Source: Rhizaria sp. SCN 62-66
Lineage: Eukaryota
Reading direction: 5' to 3'
Length of the DNA stretch: 47,713 nucleotides
Assembly (NCBI GenBank): GCA_001724265.1
Contig: MEDY01000228.1
Span: 1 to 47,713 of the forward strand
Positions 11,301-21,583 of this stretch are shown piece by piece (the first letter of the stretch is position 1; the number at the start of each line of letters is the position of its first letter). The translations under genes and the position numbers were made by a program. The notes beneath the pieces are model-generated. The model searched no databases and had not been told where the DNA came from. It saw only the letters and a list, made by a program, of their open reading frames with translations.

Positions 11301-14300
11301 TGTCGCGCCGGGCCACCACGAGTTCCGTCTCTCCGCATTCTCGTCGCGCGGGCCCACCAAGGACGGCCGCCTCAAGCCCGACGTGCTTGCGCCCGGCGAG
11401 TACATTATTTCAGCACGCTCAGACGGCGACTTGCGCAGCTTCCAGTGCTCGACCAACGACGGCTCGACTCTGAAGGCAATGCAAGGCACGTCAATGGCCG
11501 CGCCGGTTGCCGCCAGCGCCGCTGTAATGATCCGCGAGTACCTCATGAAGGGCTTCTACCCCACCGGCACTGAAACCGCGCCGCAAGGTGTGTTTGAGCT
11601 TACGCCCGCCGCCGCGCGGCCAGAGGCTGTTGCGGGCATGCGTGAACACCGGTCGTCGACGGGCGCGCTGATCTCGCCTACGAGCGCGGACGCGTTCGAG
11701 CCCTCGGCCGCGCTCGTCAAGGCGCTGCTCGTCCACTCAGCGGTTGCCGTGGGCGGCCCCGTGCGGTCTGCGGTCTCCAAAACCGGGTTCGAGACCGTGC
11801 CGCCGCCGCCGTCAGTGTACCAGGGCCACGGCAGGATCAAGCTTGACAACGTCCTCACGTTTGCAGATGGCACTGACACCGACTCTGACACAGTCAATCC
11901 TGGTGGCAGCGCTATCTCGAGTGCTGCTGTGCCGCAGCCCTCTGTGTTTATGATGGACTACGCTAGCAATCCTGCAAGTGATGAGCGCTGGTATGGTGGC
12001 CCCACTGCTACAGCTTCCGCGGCGACGGGCGACACACATCTTTACTGTTTCGATCTTGCTCCGCTGATGCGTTCCGCTTTGTCGTCTTACTCAGCAAACC
12101 GCAGTTATAACGTTAGTAGCAACGGTGTTCCGCGTGCCCGGCCGTTCCACAGCGACGGCAACGTCACAGCTGCATTCTACCCATATGCGTTTAGCGCAAC
12201 TGCGGATCCTTATGTTCGCGCTACGCTTGCGTATACTGATTACCCTGCGTCACTGGCGTCAGGTAGGTTCTTGGTCAACGATCTTGACCTTACCGCTGTT
12301 GTTACCGGCGTTTCTAATGGTCCCAACGCTAACGCGGAGGCCGTGGCCACGCGCGGGCGTTCTCTTGCGCGCATGTTTGTCGGCAACGAAGGGGCTGACT
12401 ACGACGGCGCCGGCCGCAAAGACATCTCCGACACGTTCCCCGACGCGACCATCGGCGAGAGCTTCTATGAACAAATCACAAACCTTAACAGTGACCGCAA
12501 CACTGCGCGCGCAGGCTCGTTGCCGCCTCTGCCGGGCGACGCCGCCTCGCGTGCCGCGCGCGGGGGCACGACGTGGGACCACAGCAACAACCTCGAGGCG
12601 CTCACCATCACCGCGACCGATCTGCTCGGCCTCGCCGCGGGCGGCACCGACAGCGCTGCTGCTGCTGACGCGCTTGCCGCTGCGGACGTTTCTGCGCTGG
12701 CTGCCGCGGTGGCGGCGCGCGACTGGTATCTGTCGGTGCTGGTGCACGGCACGGCGGTCCCGCACGGCCCGCAGCCGTTCGCACTTGTGGTATCGACGCT
12801 GCACGGCGGTGTCATCCAGGAAACGCGCCTGCCTGCAGGCCGCTGTGCGCGCGCCGCGGGCGCTGAGCCTGTGCCCACGGTTACCACACCTCCTGCTGCT
12901 CCAACCGTGAACGCAAACGCAAACAGTAGCGGCAATACGAACATCGCTTCCGCTGTTGCTGCCGTCGCCGCAGCTGCAACTGCTGCGGTAACTGCCGCTG
13001 TATCCGCTGTAAACACCGCCATTAATGGCGCTGCTACCGCAGCTGGTGCTTTGCCAGCAGGACTGTCACTTGCGGCGCTGTGCCCTAACGCTTGTTCCGG
13101 TACGTTGGAAAACTCATGTTGCATTAATGCCATGGATTATTTGTTACATTATGTCACTCCCAAAGGAGACATATTAAATATCATAATATTAAATATTATA
13201 AATATTACAATTCAGATCTCACATACGATACTTTTTCTAACGTGCTTGATATTGTGGTGTTGATTTCTACATTCTTCAGGTCGTGGACAATGCGTTTCGT
13301 CTCTCGCGCTGACAAGCGCCGCCGCCGACATTGAGACACGCTCCAACGCCGCCGCGCGTCTGCCAGGCACATCAGCTGGCTGGGGCTGCGTGTGCTCTGG
13401 CCCCTGGGCAGGCGCTGACTGCTCTGCGTCCGCGCGCGCGCTGACCGCCGTGCCCGCCACGGTGTCCGTAGCCGACGCGCTCTCGCTAAACCGTGTCTCA
13501 GTGGCGACGCTAACGCCGGGCCGCTCGCAGTACTTCTACCTGTACGTGCCGCCGGTGCTGCAGCGCACCGTGCCTAGCGCGGACTCGGCCGAGTACACCG
13601 AGGACGGGCTCGTCATCTCCACTGTACGGTTAAGCGACGGCGGTGATGCTGACTACTTCCTCCTCGCGCCTCCCTCCGTGACAACAGATCCGACCAACAG
13701 CGGGCGCGCGCGCATCCGCGTGTCCGCGCTAGCCTCCGCGCAGCACGCCGTTGCCAGCGGTGGCTGGCCCAGCGAGAGTTACTTCTCATACTCTAACGCA
13801 CAGTGCGACAACTGCTTCGACGACCTGCTCGCCGACGCCGTCGAGTCGTTTGTGAGGAGACAACTCATCGAAGAGCGTCGCAACAGCGGCGGCAGTGGCA
13901 GCGCAAGTGCCAGTGCAGGTGACGCCGCGGCTGTGCCGGCGGTGCGCGTGTCACAATATATCCTCGTTCCCTACTCACATTTGCCGTCTGAGGGCGGGTA
14001 TTACAAGCTCGCCGCGCGCGCGGAGTGCTGTGACAACGTCACTGTCGCCCTGACTGCGTCCCTGCCTGGCGCCACTCTTAACACTCTCCCAGGCGGCGCC
14101 TCTGCCACCACAGCCGCTGCGCTTACGAGTCTTTCGACCGCGAATCACATCGCGGCCCTGGTCGCGGACGCCACGGCACCGCACACGCTCGCTGCCGCCG
14201 CCGCTGTCGCCGCCACTCGTGAATCTGCGGGCGCGCCTGGTTTCACCGCTGCGCCCGCGCCAGGCGTGCGCGTGCCCACCGTGCCGCCGCCGTTCCCCGC

Positions 14301-16164
14301 CGCGGGCGCGACTGCCGGCGCAACAGTGACGGCGCCGCCGACTGCAACCGCGGGCGGAGTGACTGTGAGTAACGGGGTGACTGTGAGCACCGCTGAGCTG
14401 CTGCAGGCCGACTCCGCAGGCGGTGCGCTGTCAAACGTGTTGTTGGCGCGCGACCCAGTTGTTGAGCGCGTAGTGCTGAATGCGCTACCGCTGTCGACTG
14501 ACGCGGTCGTGAGTTCAGTGCGGCTTGGTATCGACATGCGCACACTGCCAACGTTCTTCAACACTCTGTTCCAACAAGAGGTGTCTGCGCTGCTCGGCAT
14601 TGATGACGACATCTGCCGCATTGCAGTCGTCAAGACTGAGCGCGTACTCGCGTCAACGCCTTACCCCGAGTATCAGACGATCGATCTGCTTTCAATGAAC
14701 AGCAACGCACACGGCCATAGCATGAGCACTGCGTCTGCGCTGAGTGATAGCGCTGCAGCGCGACTAACTGATCGCATTATGGCGCGCTTTGACCAAGATA
14801 ATGGCCGCGCCGCTCCCACTCAGAACAGCGGCACCGCCGCGCACACTGCTGCGTCAACTGCCGAGAGCGGCGCTGGTCGCGTCTTCAACACAGCGCAGGC
14901 GGGCGCGAGCGGTGGCGCGGGCGCGCGCCGCGTGCTTGTTACATTTGCTATCTTGCCTCCCACCAGCGGCGCCGCGCTTCGCTCCGCCACGCGCGCTGCT
15001 AGCACAAGCGTCGACAATGCAAGCGCGGCGGAGCTGCTATCGTGCTCCGAGACGCCCGCGCGCTTCTTGAGCGGCGCGAGTGCGACTGACTTGCATAAGA
15101 TGCTGTCGAATGCGTTCGAGTTGGCGCAACCATCGTCGTCGTTCTCAATCTTTAGCGCAAACTCGAACAGTGCAAGCAATAACGGTAACATCAACACGAT
15201 GCGTACAATGAGCGCGAACCCCGACATTGCTCACAGCCACAGTAGCGAGCCCGATAGCGCGCATCAGAACAGCTTTGCCGCGCTTGCCGCTCGCGCCCGC
15301 GCTCAAGGTCTGAGTCACAGCTCCGGCCGCACGCACACCCACTCCACACTGGCGCTTCCCGCGCTGCTGCCTCTATCCGCGCTGATTATGACGCAGGCCG
15401 ACCCACAGCACCGCCCGCCGCGCGCGCTGACCGCAGCCACACTGTGCTCCGACGGTCTGTACAAGCTTATCTGCAACAGGAGCTTTAACAGGGCGGCTGC
15501 GCTCGCGTCGCTTGCTACAGTCGCCGCTACAGGTGCGACTACAACAACAGCTGGCAGCGTGTAGACAACCCGAAGCGACGACTCTAGCCCCAGCTCCAGC
15601 GCGGCATCAACAACTGGCACAAACACTTATCCGGCCACCGACAGCACGAGTAACGACGTGAGCAGAGACAACAGTGCAAGCGGTGACAACGGCGGCAGCA
15701 ACAACGGCGTTGGCAGCGGACTGGGCGTCGACGGCGAGTCCCTCTTCGGCGACTCGTTCTTCAGCAATTACCTCGCCAACCTCAACCGCAACGGCAGCAC
15801 CACGAACAAGGTGAAGCACGCGATTGATTTTGTGCAGGGGCTCAGCTACGGCATTATCGCGCTTGCGGGCCTTGCTGCCATTATTGCGGGCGTCGCGGGC
15901 TTCTTGGCCTGTCGCCGCTCTGCGAACGGTCTCAACAGAGAAAATCACGGCAGCACGAGCAGCAACAGCGTGAGCCATATCAGCAACAACGTGAGTCTCG
16001 ACGGCGTCACCGGCGAGGAAGGAGAAGAGCTTGCGTTGGCACAGAGACCCAGCGCGCGTCCGCCGCCCGGATACGTGCGTCCGGGGGCGCCCGCAGTGCC
16101 CGCGGCGGCGTCGGAAGACGGCAACTTGGAGCTCTTCGAGATGGCCAGACGCGGAGATTTATAA
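8357..16164 (+). CDS. Large subtilisin-like S8 serine protease (KP-43/Dictyostelium Tag-like) with PA insert, EGF-like domain and C-terminal TM; join(8357..9025,9151..10458,10597..13099,13280..16164), ~2454 aa including an in-frame TAG at 15562-15564
   Basis: Hydrophobic signal-like segment (ITFVGLLVLFAQCCFAA) and prodomain-like GDYLPQNTYHV. Catalytic triad motifs VAVADTG, DGHGTHTSG and QGTSMAAP, plus SNSWG, FFAAGN, FSSRGPTKDGRLKPDVLAPG and PSAALVKALLV. PA motif LVRRGNCRFTVK and EGF-like CPNACSGRGQC...CVCSGPWAGADCS. TM segment GIIALAGLAAIIAGVAGFLAC lies after the TAG; if TAG terminates, the CDS ends at 15564. Confidence 0.88.
9026..9150 (+). other. Intron 1 of subtilisin gene (125 nt, phase 0)
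   Basis: GCG|GTATGT...TGTTAG|CTG. Of the three nearby AGs I checked, this is the only one that keeps the frame. Confidence 0.75.
10459..10596 (+). other. Intron 2 of subtilisin gene (138 nt, phase 0)
   Basis: CAA|GTACGT...GCTAAC...TTACCAG|GCT. Splicing gives SNSWGDQ-AGLYDSFARAVDKF. Confidence 0.9.
13100..13279 (+). other. Intron 3 of subtilisin gene (180 nt, phase 1)
   Basis: G|GTACGT...TCTAAC...TTCTTCAG|GT. Splicing restores the EGF motif CPNACSGRGQC. Confidence 0.9.
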
Positions 16165-16570
16165 CGCATATAGCACGTGAGCCCGTGTGAGAAAACACAT
16201 TTTTTGAAGATAAATTATCAGTTAATGTAAATAAAGCTTTGTTTTGCATCGATAAAATGCGTTTTTAAGTCCGTAACGCGCGACTTCTATCTCCACCACA
16301 AACAAGTGCAACGGTCCGACAGACAGCTGGCGCCAAGCGGCTGGGCGTGCTTGGCTGCGACAGTGCGCCACGAGCGCATTTTATGAAACCTGAATCCTGC
16401 CTTATCCCGTCAACATTTTAGAATGTCGCCTATTTTCACAAATGTTATAATTTCACGAGAAAATATAATTTCAATTAGCACCCTAGTTTCTCACGACTAT
16501 AGCCCGCATTTTCGAATCCTAATTTTCGCGCTAACGACTTGTTTGCCCGTCGTCGTTTGCTTCGACGCAG

Positions 16571-18243
16571 ATGGTCTGCCCTTTCACCGAGGCAGTCCCC
16601 TTCTTCGGGTTCAGCGTCCCCACATGGAGTGCGCTCCCCATCGTCTTCACGACTGTGATCGCGATCGTCCTGTCTAAGGGCCTGATTGCCAAGTACATCG
16701 CCTTCATGGACCGCCCCGCTGTGCCCAGCAAGTCCACCGCTGACGGCTTCGGCGGCCCCATCGGCGCTTTCTTCATCATGCACTTCCTCCCGTTCTTCCT
16801 CTACGCGCTCTACTTTTCCTGCAACGCCGACCAGGTCGTGAGCCTGAACCCCCTGAGCGAGGACTTCCTCGTCTTCAAGGTCAACCCCCTCGCGGACGGC
16901 CTCTTCGCCTTCTTCGACCGCGCTTTTTCCCTTAAGGTCACGCTCATCTACTCCGCCTGGGTCTTTTTCCACTGGTTCCTCTACCTCGTCGTGCCCGGCC
17001 CCGTTGTCGAGGGCACCCCGCTCAAGAACGCCCAGGGCACGCGCCTCCTGTACCGCATTAACGCCTTCCGCTGCAACATCGTGGCGACCAGCGTGGTCCT
17101 CGCGCTCGTCTACTTCGGCGTGCTCCCGGCCACCTTCGTCTACGACAACTTCCTCCAGTTTACCACGGCCGCCATCGTCTTCTCCGTCTCCTTCTCCGTG
17201 CTGCTGTACGCGTGGTCGCGCGTGGCCGTCCCCGACAACGCCGTCGGTTACAACCCGGGCGACGCCAACCCTCTGCACCAGCTCTCGCACACGGGCAACT
17301 CGACCTGGGCCGTGTATGACCTCTGGATGGGCCGCACGCTCAACCCGCGCCTGGGCTTCATCGACCTCAAGTACGTCTGCGAGCTGCGTCCCGGACTCCT
17401 GCTGTGGTCCCTTATGAACTTCTCCTTCGCGGCCTCGCAGTTCGCCAAGCTGGGCTATGTGACGCCGTCGATGGCCCTCGTGTGCCTGTTCCACGCCTAC
17501 TACGTGCTTGACTCGCACCTGCACGAGCGCGCGATCCTCACCACCATGGACATTACTACCGACGGCTTTGGCTTCATGCTCGCCTTCGGCGATCTCGCCT
17601 GGGTCCCCTTCACCTACACCCTCCAGGTACACTATCTTTGAAAAAACGCCTTTTAAGTGAGACATATATATGTTTACGTTTTTTTTTTGTTTTAAATGCA
17701 TAATTGACAATACTGTACATGATAATATTGTTTTATCAGTGAACACTATGCATGTGCGCTCACAACATCGCGTGTTGTCTACATAATTTTTTTTCTACCC
17801 TTATCTAGGCTCGCTTCCTTGTTGACTACCCCACCACCCTGTCGCCCCTCGCGCTCGCCGCCATCGTGGCGCTGAACCTTGCGGGCCTGTACATCTTCCG
17901 CTCGGCCAACTCGCAGAAGAACCTCTTCCGTACCAACCCCTCTGACCCTGCTGTCGCCGGCTTGCGCACCATCAAGACCAAGACGGGCCGCTCGCTGCTC
18001 GCCGACGGCTGGTGGGGCCGCTCACGCCACATCAATTACATGGGCGACCTCATGATGGGGCTCGCCTGGTGCCTCCCCACGGGCTTCTCCACGCCCATCA
18101 CATACTTCTACATCGTCTACTTCACCTCGCTGCTGCTGGGTCGCCAGATGCGCGACGACCAGAAGTGCAAGGAGCAGTACGGCGAGGACTGGGACCGCTA
18201 TTGCGAGATGGTGCCCTACCGCATCATCCCCTACGTCTACTAA
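16571..18243 (+). CDS. ERG24: Delta14-sterol reductase (ERG24/TM7SF2/LBR family), join(16571..17626,17809..18243), ~496 aa
   Basis: Motifs GRTLNPRLG, DLKYVCELRPG, MDITTDGFGFMLAFGDL, YTLQARFL (spanning the intron), ANSQKNLFR, GWWGRSRHINYMGD and DDQKCKEQYG. The conserved C-terminus VPYRIIPYVY is followed directly by TAA. Confidence 0.95.
17627..17808 (+). other. Intron of sterol reductase gene (182 nt, phase 0)
   Basis: CAG|GTACAC...TTATCTAG|GCT, AT-rich, joins conserved YTLQ-ARFL. Confidence 0.92.
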
Positions 18244-18786
18244 GTCAGCAAATGCGGACATCACTGCACTGTTTAAATTAGGCAACGCTTTCGCCAATAT
18301 AACGGAAGTAATTTGTGTGTTTTTACAAGACATGCGTTGTTCTACTACATTCGAGTTGGATGTAGCAACATCTGGTTCTAAACCTAGAGTATGCTTGATG
18401 CTTGCTGGTTGTAACGTAGATAACTAGAGGTGCTGTGTAAGTGCCTGTAGTGAGCTTGCATTTGACTGATGCGCATTTATACGTCAGTTATATTATATTT
18501 CTATGAATACAGATCTAAAAACAATTATATTCACAATCTTTAGTTGCCGTTTCGGAGATTTTGTTTCAATGTTAGACAGTATTCAATGGATAGTACGTAC
18601 GTACGAATTGAATGAGGTATTTATGAAATTAGATAATACTTTTGTATTCCAATCACTGGCCTTATTGAAACGTTTCACTATGAAATAAGCGTACGAATAT
18701 CCAATGACGGTCATTGCCGATCAAAAATTGTCGCACAGTGACGCCAACTTCTTGACGGTGATGAAAGTACATACTTCAGCAGTACT

Positions 18787-19908
18787 TCAGAACTTCCACC
18801 CCATCTCGTACTCGCGCGGCTTCCCCGCTTCCCTCGCCTCCACAGCGAACGCCCTCACGGCCTCCGCCTCCGCCTCGGCCTCCGCCTTAGCCTTGGCCTC
18901 CTTGGCTTCCTTCGCCTCCCTGGCCGCCGCGGCGAGCGCGTTGCCCGCGCCCGCCGCCGCCTCGGCAGCCGCCGCGTCGCGGGCCGCGCGGAACTTGCCC
19001 AGCGCCGCCAGGTAGCTCTCCAGCGCGGGCGCGCCGCTAAAGATCCCGTTGGTGGCGGCGCCGCACACCGCGCACTTGGCGTCGCCGCCGGTGAAGCGCG
19101 CGAGGGCGCAGCGCTCGCAGAAGAAGTGTTTGCATGCGGTCGCCACAGGAGCGGCGAAAGGATTACTGCAAAGCGGGCAGCGCTCCGGAAGCTTGAGCGG
19201 GTTCGGCACGGCCGCCTCGCCGCCCAGCTCGGCCGAGACGGCGGCGTTGGGCAGCGCCAGCGCGGCGGTCGCGGCGGCCGAGGCGGCGGCGCGCGCAGCC
19301 TGCTTCTGGTTCCAGTCGGCCTCGACCTGCGCGCCGGACTTGTACCGCGCACGCTCGTGCAGGAACTTGCAGTTGTCGCCCCAGCGGCAGCGGCCCGAGT
19401 CGCGGTAGTCCTTGCACACGTCGGGCTGGTGGTCGTACTGCGAGATGCCCGCGATCGTGGTCGACTGGCGCATCGGGCCGGTGCGCAGCCACTTGGGCCT
19501 GTCGCGGTCCTCGGCGCGTGTGATCGGGTCCACCTCGTCCACGGCGGCGTCGCGCTGGCGGGCCGTGTCACGCTCGGCAGAGAAGGTCGAGGTCACGCCG
19601 CCGACGGGCGCCGCGGCCGCTGCGGCCGAGGCGGAGTCGGTCGTGCGGGTCGAGCCGCCAATCGCGGCCGCGGCCGCAGTTGCCAGCAGCGGCCGGCTGC
19701 GCTTGACCGTCGGCGCGATATCACTGCTGTCCGCACTGATGGCCGCAAAAGGGTCCGTGGCAGCTGCGGCAGCGTCGGCAGTGGCGTCGGAAGGGGCTGC
19801 GGCGGAGGCAGAGTCGGCGAGCTCTTCGCCGTCAGTGGTGCGGGCCGTGTCGCGCTTGAGCTTGCGCTTCTTGAACACAACGGCACCGGAGGCGTCTTCT
19901 GAAGACAT
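18787..19908 (-). CDS. CWC24: Pre-mRNA splicing factor Cwc24/RNF113 (CCCH zinc finger plus RING), 373 aa
   Basis: VVFKKRK N-terminus. GPMR...YDHQPDVCKDYRDSGRCRWGDNCKFLHER (CCCH finger) and LPERCPLC...PVATACKHFFCERCAL...CAVCGAATNGIF (RING). Ends in TGA. Confidence 0.93.
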   Translation of the reverse strand: MSSEDASGAVVFKKRKLKRDTARTTDGEELADSASAAAPSDATADAAAAATDPFAAISADSSDIAPTVKRSRPLLATAAAAAIGGSTRTTDSASAAAAAAPVGGVTSTFSAERDTARQRDAAVDEVDPITRAEDRDRPKWLRTGPMRQSTTIAGISQYDHQPDVCKDYRDSGRCRWGDNCKFLHERARYKSGAQVEADWNQKQAARAAASAAATAALALPNAAVSAELGGEAAVPNPLKLPERCPLCSNPFAAPVATACKHFFCERCALARFTGGDAKCAVCGAATNGIFSGAPALESYLAALGKFRAARDAAAAEAAAGAGNALAAAAREAKEAKEAKAKAEAEAEAEAVRAFAVEAREAGKPREYEMGWKF

Positions 19909-20164
19909 TGTGTTTAAAATATGGTTAAAGAAAAAACGCGGGGTGTCTAAAAAACGCTATTTTAGCGCGCTTGACGATCAGATTTCGCAGATTGGCTTGG
20001 ACGAAATCCCCACCACACCCATTGGCACTTCCTCAGACTCCCCCCCATTGACCTTCCTTCAACTCTCAACTGGCAGTATTAGCAACGCTTCTAAACGAAA
20101 GGTCAGACAGATATCGCGAAGCCTAACTTGTATAAATTTGTTTTATGTTTGAATTTAGCTGAAT
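19909..20164. promoter_or_regulatory. Short (256 bp) divergent intergenic region, probable bidirectional promoter
   Basis: CWC24 (-) and the 20165 ORF (+) start head to head. The spacer is AT-richer than the exons and has two AAAAAACGC copies. The call is positional inference only. Confidence 0.4.
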
Positions 20165-20851
20165 ATGCTTCAGAACGGCCGCATTGTGGACTGGGCCCGC
20201 ACCTTCACGGCTGCCGCGACGGCCGAGTTCGAGTCCGATCCCACCTCCACGGCCCCCCGGGCCTCCGCAACGATGCCCGCGCAGCTCACCGAGCTCGGCG
20301 TTACTACCGAAGAGTGGACTGCAGCGCTTCCGCTATTGTATGAACGCGTTTCGCTCAAATCCCGCATCTCTGAGCTCTGCAAAATGATCGAGGCAGAAAA
20401 TTGCGACAACGATAACTCTAACAAGAACGGAGACGACAACGATGATGCGACTGAAGCAGAGCCCAGCGCGGCCCAGCGCGAGTATACGGCACTCTCCGAG
20501 GCCTGCGAGCGCAACTTCGCGGATATCCAGGCCAAATTCCCCGTGTTCGAGTGCATCGACGGCTGCATGGACTGGCTGCCCCCCGCGTGGTCCGACTGGG
20601 TCGACGGCCTCGCCCCGCAGCACGACCTCGCCGGCGCGCTCTTCGCGGCCGCCGCGCTGCGCCGCGTGCTGCTGCTCCGGACGCGGGGCACACACTGCAA
20701 CCTCGCCGCGTCGCCGCCCGACAGCGCGCTGCCCCCCCGCGTCAAGGAGAGCGACGACGCCGCGGCCATCGAGGGATATCAGACGACGGCGGCGGACATT
20801 GCGCCGTATGTGGTCGAGTGTGGCGAGGACGAGGTTGAGTACTACGACTGA
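20165..20851 (+). CDS. Hypothetical protein, 228 aa (5' end uncertain)
   Basis: GC3-biased ORF with globular-looking composition, bounded by AT-rich DNA and ending in TGA. No motif recognised. An acceptor-like site at 20158 may indicate an upstream exon or leader. Confidence 0.65.
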   Translation: MLQNGRIVDWARTFTAAATAEFESDPTSTAPRASATMPAQLTELGVTTEEWTAALPLLYERVSLKSRISELCKMIEAENCDNDNSNKNGDDNDDATEAEPSAAQREYTALSEACERNFADIQAKFPVFECIDGCMDWLPPAWSDWVDGLAPQHDLAGALFAAAALRRVLLLRTRGTHCNLAASPPDSALPPRVKESDDAAAIEGYQTTAADIAPYVVECGEDEVEYYD

Positions 20852-21583
20852 GATAACGGTGCAGAGACCGTTTTGACAGAGATGTACGAGTGAATGTGAC
20901 AGCGATAGCGTTTGTGGTGAACGGGAGACTGTTTAGAATACCTTAGATATGCACAGGTTAACGGGGGATGATTGCGAGGGCCGACTATCTGCTTTAATAT
21001 CGCTACCTATAATACAGTAATTTATGTTGTTGAGTCTCAAAGTCTTTGTTGTGGCCCATTTTGACTTGGTTTTTAAGTAATTTGCGCTGTGACACTCCTG
21101 CTCACAGTCGGGCCCAACGGTGGCGCATCGTCACAGTTGAATGTGCAAGCTGCGAACAGAGATCTGACCGCCAAAACAGCAGCCATGCATTGCATAGTTT
21201 TATGCAACGATATTGGTTGCGGTAGTTTACTCCGTTTTTTAATCTCCGCTGCGCCTGACGGACGAGAGCACTTACAGAGTCCTCGTTTAATTAAACGACT
21301 TCTCCGGTTGCCATTCACCACACTCACTCTGCCGTTCACTACACTGGTGCTCACTCCTTCGCTTTTGCTCCCTTCTTCCCGCAGTGTCGCACCCTTTAGC
21401 ACGCTAATAGCTCTTGACTAAGCGCGTTTCTGTCCGGTTACAAGCGCGTCTCCTCCTTCTGCGCGCGCGCGCCGTTGTCCAACACCCAGGCCGGCCCGCA
21501 GCACTAGAGATAGCTCCAAACTTTCTCCTGCTTGCTCGCCTTCCTCAGCTTCTTGCTTCCAGCGTTGCCGTTGCTGTTGCTCG

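Noticed and set aside
15561-15587. 27-nt GT-AG mini-intron that could remove the subtilisin TAG
   Set aside because: Donor GTAGAC does not match the local donors (GTAYGT, GTAAGT, GTACRC, GTGCGT), and there is no pyrimidine tract. The other eight introns are 125-223 nt and AT-rich. It is kept only as an alternative to test.
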